Below are positions 10,163 through 19,218 of a stretch of 61,664 bases of DNA, in pieces. Position 1 is the stretch's first letter; every line of letters starts with the position of its first letter. Below the pieces are notes generated by a model that was not told the origin of the DNA, searched no databases, and was given only the letters and a program-made list of their open reading frames with translations. The position numbers and the translations under genes are program-made. The stretch is from Omnitrophica WOR_2 bacterium RIFOXYA2_FULL_38_17 (lineage in GTDB: Bacteria; Omnitrophota; Gorgyraeia; Zapsychrales; Zapsychraceae): the NCBI GenBank assembly GCA_001805965.1, contig MHHG01000018.1:4306-65969 (forward strand), given 5' to 3'.

Positions 10163-11788
10163 TTATGAGGTTAATAAGGCTGAGTCAGACGCCCTTACAG
10201 CCGAATATTTATGTAGTAGGGCATGCCACTTTTCCAGCTGTTTTCCCCAATGAAGTTCACGTAATATAGTCCGCATTTTGTATTCGGGCACCTTAAGCAA
10301 CCGTTCATCATCCGAACAGATGATTTCTTCTTGTATGGCTGGTGACAGGAGGGTTAGGGTTATGATATCGCAGATTCGCGAGTAGTTCATATTCAGCCAA
10401 CTGGCAATTGTTTTTAAATCCTTTGTTGGGTCTTCTTTAATCATGGTTTGTACTTGATGGGCGAGTAACAAAAGCAGTCGAATGTGAGGCTGCTTGTTTG
10501 TTTTTTCTTCCTCCCGAGGCCGGTAAACTCTTCCTTGTTTTAGATTGATTTTAAATTGATACGTTTGTGGATCCTTGATAAGTTTGATTTTTATCGTTGG
10601 ATCTACGGCATCATAATAAACGACTTGAACGATTGAGCGCATGATTTCTCTTTTCTGTTCATCAGTATACGCAGTCCATTCTTCTAGTTTAAGGCGTTGA
10701 TCATCACAGATTTTTTGAAGGCAATCAAGAATTGTGTTTTCGCAATTTTGTGCTGCGATTGTCTTTGTTGGGCAGCTGTCAAATCCCGACTTGGTTACCC
10801 TGTGACACATATAATAGCGGTATTTGTAGTTTTTCTTATATGAGTAGTTGTAGACCATTGCGGCATTGCAGTGTTCACAGCGAAAAATTTTGCTTAACAA
10901 TCCGCCACCTGTTTTTGCCCATTTTTTTCTTTGCACTGTTCTTCTTTCGTTGAGAGCTTCCTGGACTGTGTTGAAGAGGTCATCGGAAATTATAGGATCC
11001 TGTTCGCCTTCAAATAACTCATCTTTATATTTCACTTTTCCTATGTAAAGAACATTGCGCAGGATGTAATCCAGATTCAATTTATTAAAAGGAACTCCTC
11101 CGGCTATTTTACCTTTTCTAACATGTATCTTGGTTTGGTAACCTTGTTCGTTTAGTTTATTGGCGGTAGATAATAGGGAACGTTCCTTAATGTATAGCTT
11201 GAAGATTTTAATGATTAAAGAAGCTTCCTTAGTATTAATGGTTAGTTTTTTGGATTTGAAATCATAATCATACCCCAGGGCAGGGTTGCCTCCGGTAAAC
11301 TTTCCTCTTTTACGTGCTCCTGCAATTTTATCGCGTGTGCGCTCGCTGATGATTTCGCGTTCAAACTGAGCAAAGGATAGAAGGATATTTAAGGTAAGGC
11401 GTCCCATGGATGAGTTTGTGTTAAAATGCTGGGTTATTGAAACAAAGGTAACATTATGCTGTTCGAACATGTTTAAAAGACTGGTAAAGTCAAGAAGGGA
11501 ACGGGAGAGACGGTCGACTTTATAAACGACAACGCAATCAATTCTGCCATCTTTAATATCCTTAAGAAGTTTCTCTAAACCGGGACGTTCCATATTTGCT
11601 CCGGTAAAGCCGTAGTCATTGTAACTTTCCGCAAGGGCAATCCAGCCTTGATTTTTCTGGCTGGCAATGTAATTTTCAGCTGATTCGCGCTGAGAATCTA
11701 AGGAGGTAAAATCTTCATTTACCCCCTCGTTAGTAGATTTTCTTGTGTAAATTGCACAACGGACTTGTTTGATTTCAGTTTTTGACAT
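10163..11788 (-). CDS. large serine recombinase (integrase/resolvase family)
   Basis: N-terminal resolvase domain (CAIYTRKSTNEG...SLDSQRE, VVYKVDRLSRSL), recombinase domain, and a zinc ribbon (CEHCNAAM...YYMCH). ATG 11788 (MSKTEIK) is preferred; the track ORF extends to a GTG at 11821. Confidence 0.9.
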   Translation of the reverse strand: MSKTEIKQVRCAIYTRKSTNEGVNEDFTSLDSQRESAENYIASQKNQGWIALAESYNDYGFTGANMERPGLEKLLKDIKDGRIDCVVVYKVDRLSRSLLDFTSLLNMFEQHNVTFVSITQHFNTNSSMGRLTLNILLSFAQFEREIISERTRDKIAGARKRGKFTGGNPALGYDYDFKSKKLTINTKEASLIIKIFKLYIKERSLLSTANKLNEQGYQTKIHVRKGKIAGGVPFNKLNLDYILRNVLYIGKVKYKDELFEGEQDPIISDDLFNTVQEALNERRTVQRKKWAKTGGGLLSKIFRCEHCNAAMVYNYSYKKNYKYRYYMCHRVTKSGFDSCPTKTIAAQNCENTILDCLQKICDDQRLKLEEWTAYTDEQKREIMRSIVQVVYYDAVDPTIKIKLIKDPQTYQFKINLKQGRVYRPREEEKTNKQPHIRLLLLLAHQVQTMIKEDPTKDLKTIASWLNMNYSRICDIITLTLLSPAIQEEIICSDDERLLKVPEYKMRTILRELHWGKQLEKWHALLHKYSAVRASDSALLTS

Positions 11789-11792
11789 AATT

Positions 11793-12236
11793 TTATTCCA
11801 GGTTAAAGAAATTAAATCCACTCCAGTGAGAACTTGTGATTTCTTCTGAAATGGATGTTAATGTTTTGTAATACTTCCCTTTATATTCAAACCCCTTTTC
11901 CAGCACTTTGACTTCGATTAATTGGTCTTTATATTTCTTAGTAATGGTGGTGCCGGGGATTGGAAGCCGTTGGTCACGGGTTTGAAGCTTTTTGCTCAGT
12001 GGACGGCTTGAGCGAAGGATGGTCATGTTGATTGGGTCCAATTCTTTTATTAATTGTTGAATACTTTCTGCCAATTTCTTCGGAAAGCCATCTGATTCCT
12101 TCTCCTGTAGCTTGTAAGCAATATTACGGCTTAAATAAAGACGATTATTAGAAGAAGATGTTTTGCCTAATAGCTTCTGAAAAAGCTCTTCTAATTCTGT
12201 TATTGAGAAACTAGCCAATTCATCAATTCTGTTCAT
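11793..12236 (-). CDS. DUF2924 protein, frequent partner of large serine recombinases
   Basis: C-terminus GTTITKKYKDQLIEVKVLEKGFEYKGKYYKTLTSISEEITSSHWSGFNFFNL matches the DUF2924 pattern. It lies immediately upstream of the recombinase on the same strand. Confidence 0.75.
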   Translation of the reverse strand: MNRIDELASFSITELEELFQKLLGKTSSSNNRLYLSRNIAYKLQEKESDGFPKKLAESIQQLIKELDPINMTILRSSRPLSKKLQTRDQRLPIPGTTITKKYKDQLIEVKVLEKGFEYKGKYYKTLTSISEEITSSHWSGFNFFNLE

Positions 12237-12397
12237 TTGCGAAATCCTCTCTTAAGTGTTTGCTGACTATGCTCCTATAGGGCCATAGAAGGGAGAGGAT
12301 ATCAAGGGGTATTTGGGTTCTTAAAATAGTTTTGCATGTTCATTAATCGGAGTTACAATATGTAACACTTTGGACAATTATTTTAAAGGCAGAATAT

Positions 12398-12592
12398 ATG
12401 AACAAAAAAGATGTTTTAACTGTAAATGAAGTTGTGGAATGCTTCAGAATTTATCCATATGCAGTAAAACGATTAGTCTGAGCTGGGAAACTCCCGGGCT
12501 TTAAAACTGGTGGACAGAGGAGATTTAAAAAAAAAGAAATCAGAAAATCAAAATTTAAAGGGAGGATCTGCAGTTCAGCCTACCTAAGTTAA
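12398..12592 (+). pseudogene. excisionase-family (MerR-like HTH_17) DNA-binding gene interrupted by an in-frame TGA
   Basis: MNKKDVLTVNEVVECFRIYPYAVKRLV-stop(12479-12481)-AGKLPGFKTGGQRRFKKKEI. The two halves together match the excisionase HTH consensus (LTxxEvA...vyrLixxGkLPafKiGgxwRFxxxei). Divergent from the recombinase operon. Confidence 0.7.
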
Positions 12593-12629
12593 TACATACC
12601 AACAACATAATCTAATAGAATATAACCGT

Positions 12630-12647
12630 GCTAACAAGATGCTAACA
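12630..12647 (+). repeat. junction motif copy 1: GCTAACAagatGCTAACA
   Basis: 7-bp direct repeat with 11-bp phasing. The imperfect palindrome CTGCAGTTCAG lies at 12568-12578. Confidence 0.7.
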
Positions 12648-12716
12648 AGAATTTCGTAGGTTCTTTTTGGATTTGTAATATGAAACACTAATGACGGTTT
12701 TATAATTAATTTGGGA

Positions 12717-13010
12717 TTATTTTAATATTTCTTCTATTTTTTTTAATACTAAGTCACTTTTGAAAGGCTTTTCTATAAAGGGTGCTTCGACTTCATTTCT
12801 ATCTTTAATGCCAAGTGTTTTTCTTTGTGGGAATTGGTCTCTAATAGGTACAATGTCCTCCCCAATAACAAGATTTACATCCTTAGCATTATTCAATATT
12901 TCGGCACACATCTCAATGCTTTCAGTCAAAATCAAATCGTAAATATCAGATAAAATTAAGTTAAGTGATTCTCTAATGGCAGCAGTTTTTGAACAAATTA
13001 ATATTTTCAT
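12717..13010 (-). CDS. stand-alone receiver-like (CheY-fold) protein, probable pseudo-receiver
   Basis: KILICSKT...YDLILTES...IEKPFKSDLVLKKIEEIL follows the receiver-domain layout, but the acidic pocket (DD) and the phospho-acceptor Asp appear replaced (SK; LILTE). Confidence 0.55.
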   Translation of the reverse strand: MKILICSKTAAIRESLNLILSDIYDLILTESIEMCAEILNNAKDVNLVIGEDIVPIRDQFPQRKTLGIKDRNEVEAPFIEKPFKSDLVLKKIEEILK

Positions 13011-13561
13011 TTTGCAGTAACCTTTATTAGTTTAGCGATTTTATTTTGAGTGTTTTTAATAGAATACTCTTTTCCAGGGTTTATGTAAATAGCCTCTTCT
13101 TCCGCCAATCTGTATGATTCCTTACCAAGGGTCACTTCAACTTGACCAGTAGCAACAAAGAGGAAGAGTTCTTTAGTAATCTTTTCTTTTTCAGAAGTTC
13201 CATTTGGATTAAGAGTTAATAGTGTTGGAACCATTTTCTTATATTCTATATTCTTTGTAAGCAATTGTGCTGAAACATCACCCCTAGTTACAATATCAGG
13301 TTTTTCGGGTGAGTCTGTAACTTCAACATTAGAATGTGTTGTCTTGATGTTCCGGTATAGCTCTGATAGTTCAATTCCAAGAAAATAGGCAATCTTGTGA
13401 TGCGTTTCAATAGTTCCTGTCATTTTGTTGTGTTCTATTCTAGATAACGTTGCTATTTGCACGCCTGTTAATTTGGCTAGTTTAGAGAGAGATATCTTTT
13501 GTGCTTTCCGCAGGTTTTTTAGCTTATCGCCAATTAGAATTTTGTCTTCACTTTTTTTCAT
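13007..13561 (-). CDS. XRE-family HTH transcriptional regulator with C-terminal cupin domain
   Basis: HTH_3 segment LKNLRKAQKISLSKLAKLTGVQIATLSRIEHNK. Cupin-like segment ELFLFVATGQVEVTLGKESYRLAEEEAIYINPGKEYSIKN. Its stop overlaps the start of the receiver-like gene. Confidence 0.8.
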   Translation of the reverse strand: MKKSEDKILIGDKLKNLRKAQKISLSKLAKLTGVQIATLSRIEHNKMTGTIETHHKIAYFLGIELSELYRNIKTTHSNVEVTDSPEKPDIVTRGDVSAQLLTKNIEYKKMVPTLLTLNPNGTSEKEKITKELFLFVATGQVEVTLGKESYRLAEEEAIYINPGKEYSIKNTQNKIAKLIKVTAK

Positions 13562-13672
13562 TAAAGTTATTATAAGGGATTTTGATAATTAATCAAATAT
13601 TTGTTTGATAGAGAATAAAACAGTCTTTTGAAAAATCTTTGAATTAACTTTAGAATTATATTAGAAGAAGGT

Positions 13673-14953
13673 ATGGCTAAATATATTTATAAAAGAAACA
13701 TTAATTTTAAGAATTATGTTTCAAAAGCAGACAAGAAAAGAATACTTGGAGTTGCCTTGGATACCTCTAAAACGTTTCATAGAGTAATAATCTTTAATTT
13801 TATTGGTGAACTGGTAGTGAAACCATTCTCTATTGATACTCTGCAAAATGGTTATGATGAGCTAAAAAGACAAATTGATATTGCTCAAAGAAGGATTAAG
13901 GCACAAAGAACATATATTGCGTTGGAAACTCCTGCACGGTATACGGAAAACTTAGTTTATCATTTAAGAAAAGACTATAAATGGGTTGTATTTGTCCCTC
14001 CATATGAGGTTGCACAAAATAGAGAACAAAGAAGATTAAAAGGACTAAAGAGTGATGAAATAGATTGTGGATCGGTAGCTGATTTGATGTTAAGAGGTGA
14101 ATTTAACATGGTATGTGATGAAAAGAGTTTATATTTAAGGTTAAGAAATCTTGTTTATTGGAGGGAACAGAAGTTAATAATGAGGGCAATGATAAAGAAT
14201 CAGTTACACCATAGATTTGAGAAAATATACCCTGGAATGAATACGGACTATGGAGAAACAAAAAAATTATTTACTAAACCATATTTATCATTTCTGCATA
14301 TCGGACTATTAAATACCCAATTAACATCAAAAGAGATTATGGAATGTGATAATGAAATATTGTTGAAACAATTTAATTATAATAATCATCCTATAGGTCC
14401 ATTTCAAATTAAGTTACTAAAAAAAAGAATAGGAGAGATGTTGTTGCCGGAAGAAAGAGTATCAAAAGTAGAGATTGAATCTTTGGCAAAAGATATGGAG
14501 TTATTGAGATTTTATGATGTTGTTATTGAAAAGGTTGAGAATGAAATTGTTCAGTACGGTTCTCAGACATTAGCAAAGTATTTATTTGACCAAATAGCAG
14601 GTGTAAGTAATCTTAGTGCTTCTGTATATGTAGGAGTAATAGGTGACCCTGTAAAATATAAATCAGCTGGTCATATTTATTCTTATGCTGGATTGAATCC
14701 AAAAAGAAGACAGAGTGGAAAAATGAATTTAACATCAATTGGGATAAGCAGAATAGGTAATTCTTTACTAAGATGCTTGTTGTTTAGGATAGCATCTCAA
14801 GTAATTTTATGTAACTCATTTTTTAAAGACTATTATCATAAACTGAGAGTTGATAAAAGGAAGAGTTGGAAAGAGTCAAAGATAATAATATGTAGAAAAT
14901 TAAATAATATCTTTTTTGCTTTAATGAGGGATAAGGCTGAATATAACAAATAA
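13673..14953 (+). CDS. IS110-family transposase/recombinase (DEDD RuvC-like domain plus Transposase_20 domain)
   Basis: ILGVALDTSKTFH, IALETPARY, KSDEIDCGSVADL (DEDD positions). C-terminal YAGLNPKRRQSGKMN...GISRIGNSLLRCLLF is typical of IS110/IS1111 enzymes. Confidence 0.85.
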   Translation: MAKYIYKRNINFKNYVSKADKKRILGVALDTSKTFHRVIIFNFIGELVVKPFSIDTLQNGYDELKRQIDIAQRRIKAQRTYIALETPARYTENLVYHLRKDYKWVVFVPPYEVAQNREQRRLKGLKSDEIDCGSVADLMLRGEFNMVCDEKSLYLRLRNLVYWREQKLIMRAMIKNQLHHRFEKIYPGMNTDYGETKKLFTKPYLSFLHIGLLNTQLTSKEIMECDNEILLKQFNYNNHPIGPFQIKLLKKRIGEMLLPEERVSKVEIESLAKDMELLRFYDVVIEKVENEIVQYGSQTLAKYLFDQIAGVSNLSASVYVGVIGDPVKYKSAGHIYSYAGLNPKRRQSGKMNLTSIGISRIGNSLLRCLLFRIASQVILCNSFFKDYYHKLRVDKRKSWKESKIIICRKLNNIFFALMRDKAEYNK

Positions 14954-15110
14954 GCTGCTGGAAGTTCGTCATGAGGTATAGGCTTAAAAGCCTTTTTTTT
15001 CGATTGAATATTCTCTAGTTGCAAAATGAATACGTTAAATCATTTAAGCTTAAAGCTTGTCAATATGTTTTGTATCGTTTGCAATTGTGTGAGAAACCAG
15101 CAGCTTATTT
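14948..15110 (+). repeat. perfect 14-bp inverted repeat in the IS110 3' flank
   Basis: AAATAAGCTGCTGG (14948-14961, spanning the transposase stop) pairs with CCAGCAGCTTATTT (15097-15110). Confidence 0.8.
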
Positions 15111-15234
15111 ACCTGTCCTAGTATGGCCATCATATTCATGTTGACGAATTGGATAATTAAACGTATATTCGGTACACTATTTGCTTATATTTTAAGCATT
15201 GGGATAATCTTTCTATTATAAATTGGAGGAGAAG

Positions 15235-16182
15235 ATGAAGATTAAAGGTCTAATTATTATTGCTCTGTTGTTGCTTATTTCCATTCCCGCACACGCTTTT
15301 ATTTATGAGATTACCCCGATAGGCCCGCAGAATTATTCCATTGCCTCAGCCATAAATGATTTGGGTCAGGTTGTAGGGTACGGACTTTATTCCTCGCAGG
15401 CATTTGTGTGGGAAGATGGAACAACGACGACATTGGAAGGGGCTAATAGCGTGGCTTATGACATTAACAATTTAGGCCAGGTTGTAGGATCTTCTGGAAA
15501 TCAAGCGTCACTCTGGGAGAATGGGACAAGGACAATACTGGGCTCATCGGTATCTGGTTCTGCTAACGCAATAAATAATTACGGTCAGATTGTGGGAAAT
15601 GAATTTTCAGTTGGAGCGTTTTATTGGGATGGGGAGATGAATGCTTTGGGCTTTATTGGTTCGAGTGCGGAAAATATAAACGATTTGGGTCAGGTCGTGG
15701 GAAGAGATCAGGACGGCAATGGGGTTCTCTGGCAAAACGGGATAATGACAAACTTGGGGATTGGTATGGTCTCAGCATATTCTGATATAAATAATTCCAG
15801 TCAGATTGTAGGCCGCACAATAAATTATCCGTTTCTTTGGCAGAATGGTGTAATTACTGATTTGAATGTTCCGTGGTCCCTTCATGTTGCTCTCAATGAT
15901 GCTGGTCAGATTGTGATTCCCGATGATTATGGGCATGCATTTCTTTGGCAGAACGGAGAAGTGATTGACCTACTCAATACAGTACCTTCTGATTCAGGTT
16001 GGACTGGTTTGGGCGTGAGCGATATAAACAATAAAGGACAGATAGTGGGAAATGGTTGGTTTCAAAATGAGTTTCGGATGTATCTTATGACGCCAGTCAA
16101 TAACGCTGTCCCAGAACCAACAACACTCCTTCTATTTGGCACAGGACTAGCAGGCGCATTCTTCAGGAAACGTAGTGTTTAG
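15235..16182 (+). CDS. PEP-CTERM sorting-domain protein with HAF-type extracellular repeats
   Basis: Signal peptide. About ten I-N-D/N-x-G-Q-V/I-VG repeats and a GHAFLWQNG motif. C-terminal VPEPTTLLLFGTGLAGAFFRKR. ATG 15235 follows GGAGGAG; the track starts at TTG 15223. Confidence 0.85.
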   Translation: MKIKGLIIIALLLLISIPAHAFIYEITPIGPQNYSIASAINDLGQVVGYGLYSSQAFVWEDGTTTTLEGANSVAYDINNLGQVVGSSGNQASLWENGTRTILGSSVSGSANAINNYGQIVGNEFSVGAFYWDGEMNALGFIGSSAENINDLGQVVGRDQDGNGVLWQNGIMTNLGIGMVSAYSDINNSSQIVGRTINYPFLWQNGVITDLNVPWSLHVALNDAGQIVIPDDYGHAFLWQNGEVIDLLNTVPSDSGWTGLGVSDINNKGQIVGNGWFQNEFRMYLMTPVNNAVPEPTTLLLFGTGLAGAFFRKRSV

Positions 16183-16360
16183 CATAAGCTAATTTTTTAC
16201 TTTTAAACACCACTAGCGGTCACGCTCACGTTCTAGGTTGAACGTTTAGAGCCTCGGTTAACATTCCTACCTACCATATCCTTTTCTCTTTACTTGCAAT
16301 TCTTTGGGCAGTAGAATAACAAAATGTTACTACATGCTATAAATGTGTAATTAATAATAG

Positions 16361-16387
16361 GGCAACTCGCAAGGGTTGTCTTTTTTT
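16361..16387 (+). terminator. rho-independent terminator
   Basis: GGCAAC/GTTGTC stem (one G-U pair) followed by T7. Confidence 0.5.
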
Positions 16388-16400
16388 GTTAGGGGGATAG

Positions 16401-16694
16401 ATGAGATTAAGAGTTCTTAAGGGTTCAACATCATTGTGGTATCTATATGGCATTGCTTTGTTCTTAGTTTTTATCTTTGTCTTTGAAGGTGTTTTTAATA
16501 TTCCTAAAACAGCTCCCATTTTAAGTTTCGTCATACAGCAGTACTTTATTCAGTTTATAGTATTGGGTGTATTCTTAACGCTACTATACATAAACAACAA
16601 AAACTCAGCGGATATTTCAGATTTAAAGAATACTATTGAGGAACATAATCAATTAATTAGGGAAGATATTGATGTTTTGAAAGGAGAAAAATGA
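16401..16694 (+). CDS. small membrane protein
   Basis: Two or three hydrophobic helices. RBS GGGGGA upstream. Its stop overlaps the next start (ATGA). Confidence 0.45.
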   Translation: MRLRVLKGSTSLWYLYGIALFLVFIFVFEGVFNIPKTAPILSFVIQQYFIQFIVLGVFLTLLYINNKNSADISDLKNTIEEHNQLIREDIDVLKGEK

Positions 16695-17458
16695 AAAGAA
16701 AGTTTATATTAATTCTGGTTTTGTTTTTGTTTACAGGGTGTGCCCCACTTACTTATCGAACTAATAGTGCTTTTGACACATATTTTAAAGAGAAGAAAAG
16801 GGTGCTTGTTTTGAGCCCAGATATGAAAATATACAAATTAACAGCAGGAGGCGTAGATCAGTATCAAGAAGATTGGAGTTTTGAGTCTAATAAATATATG
16901 AAGGATGAGATTAAGAGTGAATTGGACTCTTTTAAAACAATTGATTTTGCTTATTTAGATACTAATTCTTTGGGGCAAGCTGATAAGCAGTTTATCGATG
17001 AGCAAAAGAGCATTTATTATACAGTTGCATCAAGCGTTGTAGTTCATACTTATGAACCAGCATTGCTTATGAAGCATAAATTAAAGGACTTTGATTACAC
17101 CATGGGAATAGAGTTAAGCGAAATTAAAAATATTCAAGATGCAGAGGTGATATTGTTTGTCAGTGGAAGAAACTATATCTGGACAGCAGGAAGAGCATCT
17201 CTTGCATTTCTAAGCGGAGCAGTGGGGTTATTCACGGGAGTATATTTGCCTGTTCCTGCAGGAAAGGAATTGCTTGCTGCGTCTTTAGTGGACGTAAAAA
17301 CTGGTGATATACTCTGGTTTAATTATCTGGCAATGCCTGGGGATATGCGAATGGAGAAAACTGTTCGCCGATTGAGCAAAAAACTCTTTAGAGATTTTCC
17401 AGAAGAATGGAGGGATACAGTTAGGTGGGAGTTGAGAAAGGAGCAAGGTAATGAATAA
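16691..17458 (+). CDS. lipoprotein, unknown function
   Basis: Lipobox LFTGC after a hydrophobic signal. Translationally coupled on both sides. Confidence 0.6.
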   Translation: MKRKFILILVLFLFTGCAPLTYRTNSAFDTYFKEKKRVLVLSPDMKIYKLTAGGVDQYQEDWSFESNKYMKDEIKSELDSFKTIDFAYLDTNSLGQADKQFIDEQKSIYYTVASSVVVHTYEPALLMKHKLKDFDYTMGIELSEIKNIQDAEVILFVSGRNYIWTAGRASLAFLSGAVGLFTGVYLPVPAGKELLAASLVDVKTGDILWFNYLAMPGDMRMEKTVRRLSKKLFRDFPEEWRDTVRWELRKEQGNE

Positions 17459-18659
17459 AGTAACAAGTATGGTTCTAATCTTGTTTGCTACAACCTTTCT
17501 AATTTCTTGTGCATCAACGAATTTCGAAAATATTGAAAATATAAGCAAGTTTGAGCATGTTGAGGATGAAAAAAGCTTATGGAAAGAAGTTGAAGAAGTT
17601 CAAAAAAAACTTGTAAATAGTAGTGCTATTTATCCGGATAAAGATTTACAGAATTATGTTAATGGTGTATTAGACAAGCTAGTAGCAGGGAATGAAGTCA
17701 ATTGGGGGGCTGATATTGAAGCCCATGTTATTTATAACTCAGATTTTAATGCGGCGATGTGGCCTAATGGTTTTATGATTGTGCATACTGGTTTATTAGC
17801 GCATCTTGATAATGAGGCGCAGTTGGCAACTATTTTAGGGCATGAGTTGACGCATTTCTTGCATCGACACTCTTTAAAAAGTCGCAATAAACTGGTTAAT
17901 ATAACTGCAGCATTGGGGACAATAAGAGTTGCAGCTGTTGGAGCTGCATACGGCTTAGCTTATAATGGATATGATCCATCGGGTATAGATGATTTGCACA
18001 ATGCGATAGCTCTTGGTTTTGAGGGGGCATACTATGGCTATAGTCGGGCTACAGAATTTGATGCTGATGAGGGAGGATTCGATCTTGTTAAAGAACGAGG
18101 ATATGATGTTAAGGAAGCTAAAGCTGCTATGGAAAATATGTTAGTTGCAACAGAGCTAGTTGAAAAAAAGGGTGAAATTCCTTATTTTTACAGTTCGCAT
18201 CCTAAAACAAAGTTGCGTATTAAAAATTATTCAAAATTTATTAATGACCTTTCTAAGGATGTCGATTTAAAATCAACAATTAGTAATGGTGAACAAGAGT
18301 ATATGAATCACATAAAAAATATGCTGATTGATAACCTAAGTCTTGATATAAAAAAGAAAAATATCAAATTGGCAAAACGACAGATTGAAAGGTATTCAAA
18401 AGCATATTCGGATGATTATAAAAGCTTATATTATGAAGCAATGATTTTGCTTCGAGAAGACAAAAAAGATGAAGCAATTGAAAAGCTCTCAAAGTCAAAG
18501 CAGTTAAATTCCCAGCATCCTGATACTTTAAAAGAGCTTGGTGTGTTGTTGTACAAAAAGGGGGATAAAGATGAAGCAAAAGACAATTTTAGAAATTATT
18601 TAATTTTACAACCAGACGCTAAAGATGCAGACTTTATAAGGAGGTATTTAGATGAATAA
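17451..18659 (+). CDS. M48-family zinc metallopeptidase lipoprotein with C-terminal TPR
   Basis: Lipobox LISC; HELTHFLHRH (HExxH); C-terminal TPR-like helices. Confidence 0.8.
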   Translation: MNKVTSMVLILFATTFLISCASTNFENIENISKFEHVEDEKSLWKEVEEVQKKLVNSSAIYPDKDLQNYVNGVLDKLVAGNEVNWGADIEAHVIYNSDFNAAMWPNGFMIVHTGLLAHLDNEAQLATILGHELTHFLHRHSLKSRNKLVNITAALGTIRVAAVGAAYGLAYNGYDPSGIDDLHNAIALGFEGAYYGYSRATEFDADEGGFDLVKERGYDVKEAKAAMENMLVATELVEKKGEIPYFYSSHPKTKLRIKNYSKFINDLSKDVDLKSTISNGEQEYMNHIKNMLIDNLSLDIKKKNIKLAKRQIERYSKAYSDDYKSLYYEAMILLREDKKDEAIEKLSKSKQLNSQHPDTLKELGVLLYKKGDKDEAKDNFRNYLILQPDAKDADFIRRYLDE

Positions 18660-19218
18660 CAGAATAAAAGGATTGTTTGTTAATGTTGTTTTGGTTTTCT
18701 TGTTGGTAGGTTGTGCCACTATCAAACTTATTGAAGAAAAAAATGTAAAATGGAAGAGTGGAAAGTTTTCTTCTGAGTTGCCAACTGGGTGGTCGAAATA
18801 TTCGTGGCCGGGAAATATTTTATCGTTGACTCGAGATGGTTCCTACTTGCAATATATTTTTATTAGTAAGACAAAAACTAACAAGGAGTTGCAAAAAACA
18901 AAAAAGAAGATAACGGAAGATTTATTGCTTCAAGAATTATCTGAAATTATTAAAGATGAACTTAGCTTGTCTGATGGAATTACTAATTTTGAGGTAATAT
19001 CTCAAAAGCCAGCAAACATAGATGGAATAGATGCTTTCAGGTTAGAGTATATTTTTAAGAATAGTGAGATGGTAGATTATCATGGTGTTGTTTATGGCTT
19101 TGTTTTTAAGAAAAAATATTATGAAATTAGCTACTGTGCAATGCAGCAACACTATCATGCTGTAAGTATTGATGCTTTTGAGAAATTTATTAAAAATTTT
19201 AAGGTTGAGCAATCTTGA
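18652..19218 (+). CDS. lipoprotein, unknown function
   Basis: Lipobox LLVGC. Overlapping start and stop with its neighbours. Confidence 0.6.
   Translation: MNNRIKGLFVNVVLVFLLVGCATIKLIEEKNVKWKSGKFSSELPTGWSKYSWPGNILSLTRDGSYLQYIFISKTKTNKELQKTKKKITEDLLLQELSEIIKDELSLSDGITNFEVISQKPANIDGIDAFRLEYIFKNSEMVDYHGVVYGFVFKKKYYEISYCAMQQHYHAVSIDAFEKFIKNFKVEQS

Larger units (their letters stand above)
13600..15110 (+). mobile_element. IS110-family insertion sequence (ends approximate)
   Basis: Contains a DEDD-type transposase gene. The left flank is at most 111 nt; the right flank is a roughly 270-nt non-coding region with a 14-bp inverted repeat. The true termini are not determinable from one copy. Confidence 0.55.

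Noticed and set aside
12479-12481. The in-frame TGA in the excisionase-like gene might indicate an alternative genetic code (UGA read as Trp or Gly).
   Set aside because: Many well-supported genes in the window terminate at TGA, often in ATGA or GTGA start/stop overlaps (16692, 19216, 20013, 27887, 34082, 38678, 50441, 52816). UGA is therefore a normal stop here, and the gene is better read as a pseudogene.
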